In this document: piece after piece, positions 20,601 to 29,074 of the stretch
How the letters are laid out: each line of letters opens with the position of its first letter
How positions within the stretch are numbered: position 1 is the stretch's first letter
From: Polyangiaceae bacterium
Lineage (GTDB): Bacteria; Myxococcota_A; Polyangia; Polyangiales; Polyangiaceae
Direction of reading: 5' to 3'
Length of the DNA: 64,000 bases
NCBI GenBank assembly: GCA_965222375.1
Contig: CBDCTZ010000015.1
Location: 1,152,001 to 1,216,000 of the forward strand
Program-made: the position numbers and the translations under genes
The notes under the pieces: model-generated
The model's input: the letters and a program-made list of their open reading frames with translations, nothing else
The model's database searches: none
Told to the model about the DNA's origin: nothing

Positions 20601-23448
20601 TCTTCGCTAGCGCCTGCCGCGACAGCTCGCAGTCGCCGCAAAACAGCTTTGGCGACGCCTGACATCCGCTCACGACGCCGGCGTCGTGGAGTGCGAGCGC
20701 CTCCGGGTGACCGAAGGTGTCCGGGGCCATGTCTTTGAAAACCTCTTGTTCCGCACCAGCCACCGGCTTCTTGCTGCATGAAAGGCCGCAGCGCGTCGTG
20801 CTCCCCGACGGCACGCAGGTTTGGCCTGACGGGCACTTGCTGATGTTCTTCAGAGCCCCCTTGCTACCGCAGCTGGCTTGGCGCCCATCCGGCAAGCAGA
20901 TGTCCTTGGCACTCGTCTTGCCCTGGTCGACGCAGAGTACCGACGCGCAACGAAGCCCCTTCGAGTCGTCGACGCAGCTCGCTCCCACAGACGTGCACTT
21001 CACCACGCTGCAGTCCTTCTGAATCAGATTGCCATCCCACGCGCACTGCGCTTTGCAGGTGTCGACACATGGCCCACCGCCTGGTCCTCCTCCCCACCAC
21101 TCCCAATGCCAGTTTTCACTCGGAACGGTACGCTTGAAGCCGAAGCTTCCGGCGTGCGCGTTGAGCCATGACAGCACACCAGGTGCCGAAGTGTTCAGAT
21201 CGAGAGCGTGCCCGCTCTGGTGATTGCTGTAGCCTGGCTTGGCTGCCAGATTGCAGTTGTTGCAGTTGCAGTTGACATAGCAGCTGTAGAGCTTCTGCTG
21301 CTCAGCCATGGTTCGGAAACCACTGTTGATCTTCAGGTTCACGCCAGCCTTCGCCGCAGCCTGAGCCATTACGTAGTAGGCGTTGGCGGTATCGCGCTCG
21401 ACCTTCTTGCCGTCTACCGTCACGACCGTGATTGGGAAAGGGCTGCCTTTCGTGTACCCGGTGTCCTGCGACTTGGCACAGTTGATACTCGACAAGGACT
21501 CACTCACCTCGGCTACGCTCTCCGGTTCTGCCTCTTGGCCTAACGGCGCCTCCGCGGAGCAGCCAAACAGTCCCAGAGAGATGACCGCAACCGCCGCGGT
21601 CTTGAAGGCGCGAGCATTCCGCAACGTCTGCCAGCCACCCAACTTGCGGCGGCGAAGCGCGCAGAGCGTTAGGGCCACGAGCGCCCAGAGGCTCGAGGAG
21701 CGACTCCTTGTTCCCCCAATCGAGCAGCCGCCGTCATCAGCGTCGGCGAGAGCAGCACCTCGTGAGACTGCAGGGTCACCACCGACTTCGGGATCTTTGG
21801 GCTCGGAGTCTTTGGTCTCGGGAACTTTGCTCGGGTCGACGCTTGGATCCGTGCCTCCAACGAAGCCACCGCAGGGAGTTTCGACCATGCCGAAAGCCCG
21901 GGCGACAAGCACTGCAGCGCCCCGGCGCGTAAGCAGCTTGTCGGGACGGAATTTTCCGTCGCCGTAGCCCTTCGCCACGCAGTTGGCATACAGCGCTTCG
22001 ATGCCGTCACTCCACCAGGAGTCCGCAGCGACATCTGTGAAGCTCTCGGGCTTGGGGCTTGGAGCCTCGAGCTTCGCCGCACGCGCCAGTACCACCGCGG
22101 CGCCGCCGCGCGTCACTGGGTCGTTCGGTCGGAATTCTCCATTCGGGTAGCCCGTCATCAGACCCGCCGCCGCCGCTGTCTCCACGTACTCATACAACCC
22201 GGCGCTCGGAGCAAAGTCCGAAAACGTCGGCTTCTTCGGGTTGACCAGCGGCAGCTCCGCTGCCAGCACCACCATCTTCGCTAGCGCCTGCCGCGACAGC
22301 TCGCAGTCGCCGCAAAACAGCTTTGGCGACGCCTGACATCCGCTCACGACGCCGGCGTCGTGGAGCGCGAGCGCCTCCGGGTGACCGAAGGTGTCCGGGG
22401 CCATGTCTTTGAAAACCTCTTGTTCCGCACCAGCCACCGGCTTCTTGCTGCATGAAAGGCCGCAGCGCGTCGTGCTCCCTGACGGCACGCAGGTTTGGCC
22501 TGACGGGCACTTGCTGATGTTCTTCAGAGCTCCCTTGCTACCGCAGCTGGCTTGGCGCCCATCCGGCAAGCAGATGTCCTTGGCACTCGTCTTGCCCTGG
22601 TCGACACAGAATACCGACGCGCAACGAAGCCCCTTCGAGTCGTCGACGCAGCTCGCTCCCACAGACGTGCACTTCACCACGCTGCAGTCCTTCTGAATCA
22701 GATTGCCATCCCATGCGCACTGCGCTTTGCACGTCTGTTGTGTACAGCTGCCAGACGCGTGGCTGATGCCAATATCTGCGCCGTAGTAGAAGCTCAGGAT
22801 CTGCTTGTAGTTGTAGCCCTTGCTCTCCAGGCAGCGAGCACCCAGCTGAGACATGCAGCCTCGGTTTTGACCGAACCCGGGAGGACCTTTGTATCCAAGG
22901 GAGGTCTGAGTGACCGCGCCTCCGGTCTTGCCAGAGTTGTAGGTCACGTACTTTTCGGTGCTCGCGGCTCCACCATGGCAACTGGGGGGCGACGCGGAGC
23001 CGCCGGCCACGTAGAAGCCATAGGTCAACATGCCCGCGTAACTCAGATACATACCGGCCGTTTCTTTAACGGCTTGGTAGTGGATGGGCTGGGGCGTTGC
23101 GCCGCACGAGTAGACTTGGCACCCCTGGCTGTCACAAATCGAGCCCTGAGTCGCCATGTTGTAATAGGCGACGGAACGCGCCGCGATTGCCTGTGCCTTC
23201 AGGGCCTGTAGACCAGCACCGCCATTTTCACACTGAATGACATGTGGCAGGTAGTCCTTCTCCATGTCGCGAGCCCCCTTCCCCTGTACAACGACGGAGC
23301 AATAGGCGCCGGGAAGCGGGGCCGCGACGGGAAGCTGTACGGTACTGATCTCTTCTTCGCCGTCCGGCTCCACGGCGCATGCGGCGAGTAAGCCGAGCAA
23401 CGTCAAGACAGCGGCGGACAGTCGAACTAGGGAGAGGCACTTGGACAT
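17698..23448 (-). CDS. Tripartite peptidoglycan-hydrolase protein: 3 x [lipobox signal - enzyme - Cys-rich - SLH x3 - MYXO-CTERM]; enzymes SpoIID/LytB, peptidase M15, SLT-like plus amidase_2
   Basis: YLPHVIQCE..ALKAQAIAARS..ILSFYY (SpoIID); SGFRT..SNHQSGHALD..ENWHW (M15B); IVIHT..SSHY..GIEHEG..GH..DPG (amidase_2); GYPNGEFRP..TR (SLH); GC/AC..TM..RRR tails. Start ATG 23448 chosen from signal peptide and promoter. Confidence 0.92.
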   Translation of the reverse strand: MSKCLSLVRLSAAVLTLLGLLAACAVEPDGEEEISTVQLPVAAPLPGAYCSVVVQGKGARDMEKDYLPHVIQCENGGAGLQALKAQAIAARSVAYYNMATQGSICDSQGCQVYSCGATPQPIHYQAVKETAGMYLSYAGMLTYGFYVAGGSASPPSCHGGAASTEKYVTYNSGKTGGAVTQTSLGYKGPPGFGQNRGCMSQLGARCLESKGYNYKQILSFYYGADIGISHASGSCTQQTCKAQCAWDGNLIQKDCSVVKCTSVGASCVDDSKGLRCASVFCVDQGKTSAKDICLPDGRQASCGSKGALKNISKCPSGQTCVPSGSTTRCGLSCSKKPVAGAEQEVFKDMAPDTFGHPEALALHDAGVVSGCQASPKLFCGDCELSRQALAKMVVLAAELPLVNPKKPTFSDFAPSAGLYEYVETAAAAGLMTGYPNGEFRPNDPVTRGGAAVVLARAAKLEAPSPKPESFTDVAADSWWSDGIEALYANCVAKGYGDGKFRPDKLLTRRGAAVLVARAFGMVETPCGGFVGGTDPSVDPSKVPETKDSEPKDPEVGGDPAVSRGAALADADDGGCSIGGTRSRSSSLWALVALTLCALRRRKLGGWQTLRNARAFKTAAVAVISLGLFGCSAEAPLGQEAEPESVAEVSESLSSINCAKSQDTGYTKGSPFPITVVTVDGKKVERDTANAYYVMAQAAAKAGVNLKINSGFRTMAEQQKLYSCYVNCNCNNCNLAAKPGYSNHQSGHALDLNTSAPGVLSWLNAHAGSFGFKRTVPSENWHWEWWGGGPGGGPCVDTCKAQCAWDGNLIQKDCSVVKCTSVGASCVDDSKGLRCASVLCVDQGKTSAKDICLPDGRQASCGSKGALKNISKCPSGQTCVPSGSTTRCGLSCSKKPVAGAEQEVFKDMAPDTFGHPEALALHDAGVVSGCQASPKLFCGDCELSRQALAKMVVLAAELPLVNPKKPTFSDFAPSAGLYEYVETAAAAGLMTGYPNGEFRPNDPVTRGGAAVVLARAAKLEAPSPKPESFTDVAADSWWSDGIEALYANCVAKGYGDGKFRPDKLLTRRGAAVFVARAFGLVETPCGGFVGGTDPSIDPSKDPEAKDPETKDPEVGDDPAVSRGAALADADDSGCTVGRTGRESSGAWLGLLLLGVTLWGRRRWTGSKHSPRRLALGAGTALGAVITISGCSAAEVQGVEARRATLSGDSPLIAHFRDAEARSGVPAELLATVAYAQSRFTQGGGDTDGHAHGAPEIGVMAIGTAGSTQLMDAARLSGLSEASIQKDARANIIAAGAWLQARGATSGLGGVDAWWDAVAKYGGSELVEEVRLLMSRGFEGVDDAGLAVRVAPLPPSPELGDGIAQVSEPLGYPGATFTPAASSNYSKASRGAGQINYIVIHTIQGSYSGAISWFKNPAAKVSSHYVVRSSDGRITQMVDDSDIAYHDACFNSNSIGIEHEGYVDNPGKWYTDAMYRESAKLTAWLCDKYNIPKDRQHILGHNETPDCSSHTDPGPGWDWNKYMKYVKGEQTCKAQCAWDGNLIQKDCSVVKCTSVGASCVDDSKGLRCASVFCVDKGKTSAKDICLPDGSQASCSSKGDLKNISKCPSGQTCVSSGGTTRCGLACSKKPVAGAEQEVFKDMAPDTWGHPEALALYDAGVVSGCQASPKLFCGDCELSRQALAKMAVLGAGLPLVNPKTPTFSDFAPSAGLYQYVETAAAAGLMTGYPNGEFRPNNPVTRGSAAVVLARAAKLEPPSPKPESFTDVSPDSWWSDGIEALYANCVAKGYGDGQFRPDRLLTRRGAVVLVARAFGLVETPCGGFVGGTDLTVDPKDPQTEYPQVPGVSRGAAFADADDGACSVSAIPSSPETHAWWGLLIAVGLVVRRRRSRSPGAVGPLTSRWVRDAVPKREQTRDPIQA
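17890..22735. repeat. Three ~1-kb intragenic copies of the Cys-rich/SLH cassette
   Basis: Copies at ~17890-18866, ~20066-21060 and ~21740-22735; the last two are nearly identical (offset 1674 bp). Confidence 0.92.
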
Positions 23449-23461
23449 GCCAGAGTGAAAA

Positions 23462-23477
23462 TGCAACCCACGTGCCG
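23462..23477 (-). promoter_or_regulatory. Sigma54 (-24/-12) promoter of the hydrolase gene
   Basis: CGGCACGTGGGTTGCA versus consensus TGGCACG-N4-TTGCW; inverted repeat at 23510-23539 is a candidate enhancer. Confidence 0.75.
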
Positions 23478-23676
23478 TGGAAAATGGCGCTAAAACTCCG
23501 TCTTTCGCCCGCGAGTTGCGCACCGTTGCGCGACTCGCGCATGCGCAAGATCCCTCCGACCAGGGAGGCTCCTTTCAGTTCGGCGTTGAGTTGCGACGCC
23601 AACGAGTACGTCCACGGACATGGACCCTCCACGAGCTGCTGCTGGTTGCTAGCGAATCCGCGCGGCTGCGGGAAGC

Positions 23677-24315
23677 TCACGGCACACCGCACTTGCCACC
23701 GGCAATGCAGACTTGACCCTTCTTGCACACCGTGCCGGAGCACACACACACGCCAAGGGGGCAAGCGCCAGTCGAGCCAGAATTACAGTCGCTGTCCCCG
23801 AGGCAGGCACACTGCGGGCCTGGATTCAGATTGCAGCCGAGCTTGCCGACGCAGGTGTTGTTGCAAGCGCCGCAGTTGGTCTTCGTGTTGAGAGCCGCCT
23901 CGCAGCCGTTCTGGAACACTTTGTCGCAATCTCCGAGGCCGCCGGGACAGGTCGCCACCCGACACTTTCCCGTGTCGCACACGCCGGTGCCATTCGGGGG
24001 TTTGCAACTGTCACCACAAGCGCTGCAGTGCTCGAATGTGCCGAGTGGGGTCTCACAGCCGTTTTGTGCATTGCCATCACAATTTGCAAAACCCGGCGCG
24101 CAGGCCGCAGCATCTGCAGCATCTGCGGCGTCCTGCGCCACCGCGGAATCCCCTGCGTCCGGCCACGACACCACATCCGACACCCCCGAGCCATCTGTCG
24201 GCTCACCACCATCGCCAGCTAGCGGGCTGCCTTCTTCAATCCCTGCCAGCGTAGAACAGCCCGATGCGAACAAGGCGAAGGCTAAGAGGGAACTTTGAGC
24301 GGCCCAGTTTGACAT
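23677..24315 (-). CDS. Cys-rich repeat lipoprotein
   Basis: Lipobox ASGC; repeats CD..QNGCE..L.T..[HN]C.AC. Confidence 0.85.
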   Translation of the reverse strand: MSNWAAQSSLLAFALFASGCSTLAGIEEGSPLAGDGGEPTDGSGVSDVVSWPDAGDSAVAQDAADAADAAACAPGFANCDGNAQNGCETPLGTFEHCSACGDSCKPPNGTGVCDTGKCRVATCPGGLGDCDKVFQNGCEAALNTKTNCGACNNTCVGKLGCNLNPGPQCACLGDSDCNSGSTGACPLGVCVCSGTVCKKGQVCIAGGKCGVP

Positions 24316-24364
24316 GGCTCTGCAGCTTCAGACTGCCACGCGCCGCTGACCGTTGCCAGAACTG

Positions 24365-25318
24365 TCAAAATGCAACAGCAACGTCAACCCGTGCACCTTC
24401 GGGCGTGACTGATGTGCGCCCCGCGATATGTGGCCAGAGCAACACGGCTCCGGCGGCAAGCGCGACGACGCCAACAGCCATCGACGCCGTCGAGACGCGG
24501 GCATCGCTGAGCGCTTGGTCCCGAAGCAGGAGCCCACGATCCGCACATCGGTTGTTGTCGTCGCAGAAATCGTCCGACTCCCCGTTGCGGGAGATTGCGC
24601 GTAGGCCAAAGTAGCTCCCAACCCCCACGCCGACAACGCCCACTCCCGCCACAACCAAGCCAGGCGTTGGGCTCTGCCAGAACCCGCCCGCTTGGGGCGA
24701 AACCCCAGACGCCGACTCGGTCGGAGCAGGCTCCAACGCGGGAATGCGCACGGAGATGGTCCCGCCGTTTTTCGGGACGTTCACGCGCGTTTCGTAGGCA
24801 ACATGCCCAGGAGCCGTTGCGCGCAGCTCATGTGCACCTGGGTCAACGACAACGCGCGTGTCCCACTGAGCCTGCTCGAGATCGGAGCCCGCAAGTTTGA
24901 TGCGGAGCCCCGGTACGGGAGCCACGACCTCGACGCGAACCGTAGATAGCTTCGGCAATAGGGCCTCAGCCCAGCGTCGTGAAGCCACTTCCTTTTCCTC
25001 GTCCCCGACGCGCTTTGCCTGTTCAACGGCTCGGGTGTATTCGGCATACGCTGTTGCAGTTAGCCCAACCTTTTCGTGGCAAAAGGCGAGCAATATCAAG
25101 GTGCCCAACGCGGGATCCAACTTGTAGCTTCGATCCAGCTTCGAGCAGGCCAGTTGGTATTCCTTGCGCTCCAGTAACTCGCGCCCGTCGCGAAACAGCA
25201 GTTCAGCGCTTGCGGCCGCGGAATCCGCGCGCGCCAGGCGAGAGGTCGCAAGCACCGCCGTACAACTCAACGCCAGAACCACTGTGCGCCAGGGGCTACT
25301 TGCGATTCGTGACGACAT
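24365..25318 (-). CDS. TPR plus PEGA-like domain protein
   Basis: Signal peptide, AELLFRDGR..ACSKL..SYKLDP TPR, VDPGAHELRATAPG PEGA-like segment, C-terminal hydrophobic helices. Confidence 0.85.
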   Translation of the reverse strand: MSSRIASSPWRTVVLALSCTAVLATSRLARADSAAASAELLFRDGRELLERKEYQLACSKLDRSYKLDPALGTLILLAFCHEKVGLTATAYAEYTRAVEQAKRVGDEEKEVASRRWAEALLPKLSTVRVEVVAPVPGLRIKLAGSDLEQAQWDTRVVVDPGAHELRATAPGHVAYETRVNVPKNGGTISVRIPALEPAPTESASGVSPQAGGFWQSPTPGLVVAGVGVVGVGVGSYFGLRAISRNGESDDFCDDNNRCADRGLLLRDQALSDARVSTASMAVGVVALAAGAVLLWPHIAGRTSVTPEGARVDVAVAF

Positions 25319-26777
25319 CGAGCGGACTCTTGGGCGGGGGCGTGGGCGGCGGAGGCATTCTTGGCGACACACGAACCTTCGCGGGCGGTGCCGCAGCTCC
25401 AGACTCCGGTGTCGGGGCGGGGGCCCGGCTCTGAACCGGGACGGGCAACGGAAAGGAACTGGGTCGACCCTGCGCAGTCGAAACCTTCGCTGCCACTGGG
25501 GCTGGACCCTCAGCTATCGACGCGGGCGAAGGGTCGGGGGTGGCACGCCGCGCTAGCAAGACTGTGAGCCCAACGGCAGCAAAAAGCGCCAAGCCAACGA
25601 GCACTCCCGCGCGCACGGCCGGTCTGTGCTGCAGGGGCAGCGCACCACCGGAACCTGGCTGGTCGAGCCGCGGTGCTCGCTGAGGGGCCGGGCGCTCACG
25701 TGGTGGTGATTCGAGCACCGTAGCGGCGTCAGAGTGGCTGACCTCCCCGGAGCGGACGGCCTTGGACTCGAGTTCGCGAGCGAGTTTGGCGCGCTCGACT
25801 GCTCCTTCTTTGGCTCGAGTCAACTGTTGGCGGCGTTCGCTGACGGCATTTGCCAAACGTTCGTTGACCAGCACCGCCAAATCTCGCTGAGTTATCCTTC
25901 CGTACAAGCTCGCAATCGTAGCATCCAACTCTGCGTACATCTCCTCGGCCGTCTGGTAGCGGTCTTCGGGTTCATACTGAAGCGCTCGCTCGACGACATC
26001 ACGGATTTGCCTTGGCGCGGACGTCATTGCGGATGGCTTGGCCCCGGTGGTCAGCAGATGAAGCGTTTCGAGTTCATTGGCGCCGGCGAAGGGTGAACGC
26101 CCTTCGAGCAGCTTGAACAAGGTCGCTCCAAGCGCCCAAATGTCGGCACGTCGATCCGCAGCGCGCCCCAATGCCTGCTCCGGCGCCATGTAGTATACTT
26201 TGCCCTTGAGCCCGCCGGTCGTCTCTTGGCGCATCGCACCAACCATCTTGGCGATGCCAAAGTCGATCAGCTTCACGGCTCCCGAAGTACTGCATAGGAT
26301 GTTCTGCGGGGACACGTCTCGGTGAATGATAGTCGCCGAGGTCCCATCGTCCGCCATGTGCTCGTGGGCGGCATGCAGCCCGAGGCAAGCGTCAGCAACG
26401 ATGCGCAGAGCCACAGCAGGCGGCAAGGGTTTGTCCGCGGAACGGCAAGCTCGATGCAAACGCATCACTGAGTCCCCCTCTACGTATTCCAAGACCATGA
26501 AGAGGACATCGCGCTCTTCGCCGAAGTCGTAGATCTCCGCAACGTTGGGGTGACGTATGGAGGCCACCAGTTTGGCTTCCTCCAAGAACATCCGTCGTGC
26601 TCGGACGTCCGAGGCATGCTGCGCGAGAATCGTCTTGATCGCCACCGTGCGCTGGAATCCGTGCTTGCCGTATTGCTCGGCGGCCCAGACCTCCGCCATG
26701 CCGCCTCGTGCCAGCGGACAGAGGAGTTCGTAGCGGTCGAGTCGAAGACCCGGTGCAAGTTTCGATGACTCGAGCAC
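25296..26777 (-). CDS. Membrane Ser/Thr protein kinase
   Basis: GGMAEV, VAIK, HRDVSPQN, DFG, YMAPE, DIWALG and one TM helix. Confidence 0.95.
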   Translation of the reverse strand: MLESSKLAPGLRLDRYELLCPLARGGMAEVWAAEQYGKHGFQRTVAIKTILAQHASDVRARRMFLEEAKLVASIRHPNVAEIYDFGEERDVLFMVLEYVEGDSVMRLHRACRSADKPLPPAVALRIVADACLGLHAAHEHMADDGTSATIIHRDVSPQNILCSTSGAVKLIDFGIAKMVGAMRQETTGGLKGKVYYMAPEQALGRAADRRADIWALGATLFKLLEGRSPFAGANELETLHLLTTGAKPSAMTSAPRQIRDVVERALQYEPEDRYQTAEEMYAELDATIASLYGRITQRDLAVLVNERLANAVSERRQQLTRAKEGAVERAKLARELESKAVRSGEVSHSDAATVLESPPRERPAPQRAPRLDQPGSGGALPLQHRPAVRAGVLVGLALFAAVGLTVLLARRATPDPSPASIAEGPAPVAAKVSTAQGRPSSFPLPVPVQSRAPAPTPESGAAAPPAKVRVSPRMPPPPTPPPKSPLDVVTNRK

Positions 26778-26851
26778 GCTCGCAGTTTCGCAGGCCTAGG
26801 TGGTTGTTGCAACGCGCGCGCACCCGCCGCCGTTGGGCTAGACTGCAGCCG

Positions 26852-28099
26852 GTGGATCGAGATGAGGCACAGACCAGTGCTTTGGAGGACGCGTCCGACG
26901 GCCGTGGTCGGGTGCTCGCCTTTTGGGAGGGCGGACACGCAGCGTGCCTTTTGGGTGACCGGAATGAAGTCGTAATCGGTCGAGGCGCAACGGCAGACCT
27001 CCGCATCGAACACACAACCGTATCCCGAGAACATGCGCGACTGACCTTCAGCAATGGCGTCATGGTGACCGATCTGGGAAGCTCGAACGGGACGCGAGTT
27101 GGCGGCCGGAAGCTGACTGCACATCAGCAGGAGACCGTGCAGCAGGACGAGCTAATCGAAGTTGGTGGCGCGTACCTCGTGCTCGAACTCCCAGAAGCTC
27201 GCGTCCCGGGGAAATCCCAGGTTCAAGAACTGATTACCCGCGTGGCCCGCAGCGATCTGTGCGTGCTGCTGCTGGGAGAAACCGGCGTTGGCAAGGACCT
27301 GGCGGCGGAACAAGTACACGCACTGTCTCCGCGCCACGAGGGAGCCCTGGTGAAGATCAACTGCGCCACCCTGGGTGACAACCTGTTGGAGAGCGAACTG
27401 TTTGGCCACGAACGAGGCGCGTTCACTGGCGCCGTATCAGCAAAGCCGGGATTACTGGAGATGGCGCGGGGCGGGAGTGTGTTCTTGGATGAAGTGGCGG
27501 AGGCTAGCCTGCCAATCCAAGCAAAACTGCTGCGAGCAATCGAGCAACACGAGATTCGACGCGTCGGCGGAGTCGAACCACGTAGCATCGACGTCCGCTT
27601 CATCGCAGCAACAAACCAACCCCTTGACCAAATGGTGGCCGCCGGCAGTTTCCGTCGAGATCTCTACTTCCGACTGGCGGGCATGACCATACGCATTCCC
27701 CCATTGCGCAAGCGCCAGCTCGAGCTTGCCGGGCTGACCGACGAGCTGCTCAGGGAGGCATGCAAGCGGCAGGGACGGCAGCCGCTCACTTTGTCGAATC
27801 GAGCCTTCGCTCGGCTGCGACAGCACCCATTCCCGGGCAACGTGCGCGAGCTCCGGAACTTGCTCGAGCGGGCGGTTGTGCTGACGGACGGGGATCGCAT
27901 CGAGCCGGAGCATCTCTTGTTCGACGCGCCTGGCGGCGGTGATTCCCTAGAACTGAGTTCCGAGCGCGAGCGCATCGCCAGTGCGCTGGAGCAGAGCGGT
28001 GGCAACCAGTCCCGCGCAGCTAAACTGCTGGGCATTTCACGCCGCACGCTGGTCAACCGGCTGAACCAATTCGGTTTCCCGCGACCGCGCAAGCGCTAG
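26852..28099 (+). CDS. FHA-domain sigma54 enhancer-binding protein
   Basis: GR..SREHA..DLGSSNGT (FHA), GETGVGK, ESELFGH, GAFTGA, FLDEV, PGNVREL, Fis-type HTH. Start uncertain. Confidence 0.95.
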   Translation: MDRDEAQTSALEDASDGRGRVLAFWEGGHAACLLGDRNEVVIGRGATADLRIEHTTVSREHARLTFSNGVMVTDLGSSNGTRVGGRKLTAHQQETVQQDELIEVGGAYLVLELPEARVPGKSQVQELITRVARSDLCVLLLGETGVGKDLAAEQVHALSPRHEGALVKINCATLGDNLLESELFGHERGAFTGAVSAKPGLLEMARGGSVFLDEVAEASLPIQAKLLRAIEQHEIRRVGGVEPRSIDVRFIAATNQPLDQMVAAGSFRRDLYFRLAGMTIRIPPLRKRQLELAGLTDELLREACKRQGRQPLTLSNRAFARLRQHPFPGNVRELRNLLERAVVLTDGDRIEPEHLLFDAPGGGDSLELSSERERIASALEQSGGNQSRAAKLLGISRRTLVNRLNQFGFPRPRKR

Positions 28100-28155
28100 A
28101 AACCTGGAAAGGGGAGGCTTCCTGCGACTCGGCCGACTCGAAACGCGGGTCTGTG

Positions 28156-29001
28156 TCAAGCGCCATCGGGCAGTGATTCGAACAAGGTCTGGCCCATCCG
28201 AATCGACTCCCCTGCCACCACCGGACCCGCCACGTCAGGCGGCAGGATGGTTACAACCGTGGAACCGAAAGCGAAGTGACCCAGCTCTTCCCCTCGCGCG
28301 GCGGAGCGGCTCCAGGGCGCAGGTGTGCGGCGCATCCACTCTTCGCGAGGCAGGCCGTGCAGCACGATGCCTCCGATCAGGCTGGCGCCAACCATCACCA
28401 TCAGGAACTCGTAGCCGGCTTTGGCTTCGCAGCGCAGCACCGCGCGCTCGTTGCGTTCATAGATACGAGGGATGTGATCGAGAGCGGTCTCGTTCTGAGG
28501 AAAATAGCGACCGGGGATCCAGCGCACGTCGATGACGCGACCCTCCACGGGCATGTGCACGCGGTGGTACCCCCGTGGAGTGAGGAACACGACGGCGAAG
28601 CGACCACCGACGTAGGGCTCGAGATCCAGATCGTGGATGGCCGCGTTGACGACGCGCTCGATGCTCAGGCGCTGCCCCTTGATCACCATGGGCTGCCCGC
28701 GGCGCACGACGCCCCGACCGACCAGATTGCCGTCGGCCGGGGCAAGGAAGCCGTCCCCAAGGGGACGTGCACCTGGACGGAGCTTCCGGAGGAAAAAGTC
28801 GTCCAGGGAATCAAAGCGACGCTGTTCGAAGTCATCCAGCTCGATCTTGTCGCGCCGGGTCCAGAGCCGCACCGCTGCGTCCACGGCCCACTTGGGGCGG
28901 GTTGCGGCAGTGACCTTCGCGGTCGTGCGATTGAGCAGGCGATGGGGCAGGAAGCGGTACGCCCGCAAGAACGCCGGATGTCGATGCAACCGCTCGTTCA
29001 T
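28156..29001 (-). CDS. psd: Phosphatidylserine decarboxylase proenzyme
   Basis: FFLRKL, APADG, YHRVHMP, NER, FAFGSTVV self-cleavage motif. Confidence 0.9.
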   Translation of the reverse strand: MNERLHRHPAFLRAYRFLPHRLLNRTTAKVTAATRPKWAVDAAVRLWTRRDKIELDDFEQRRFDSLDDFFLRKLRPGARPLGDGFLAPADGNLVGRGVVRRGQPMVIKGQRLSIERVVNAAIHDLDLEPYVGGRFAVVFLTPRGYHRVHMPVEGRVIDVRWIPGRYFPQNETALDHIPRIYERNERAVLRCEAKAGYEFLMVMVGASLIGGIVLHGLPREEWMRRTPAPWSRSAARGEELGHFAFGSTVVTILPPDVAGPVVAGESIRMGQTLFESLPDGA

Positions 29002-29074
29002 GTTGTTGCCCTGTCGCTGGTCGCTCCGCCGCACGTCGCGACGCCTAGTTCGCGGTCGCGTGTAGCAACGAATG

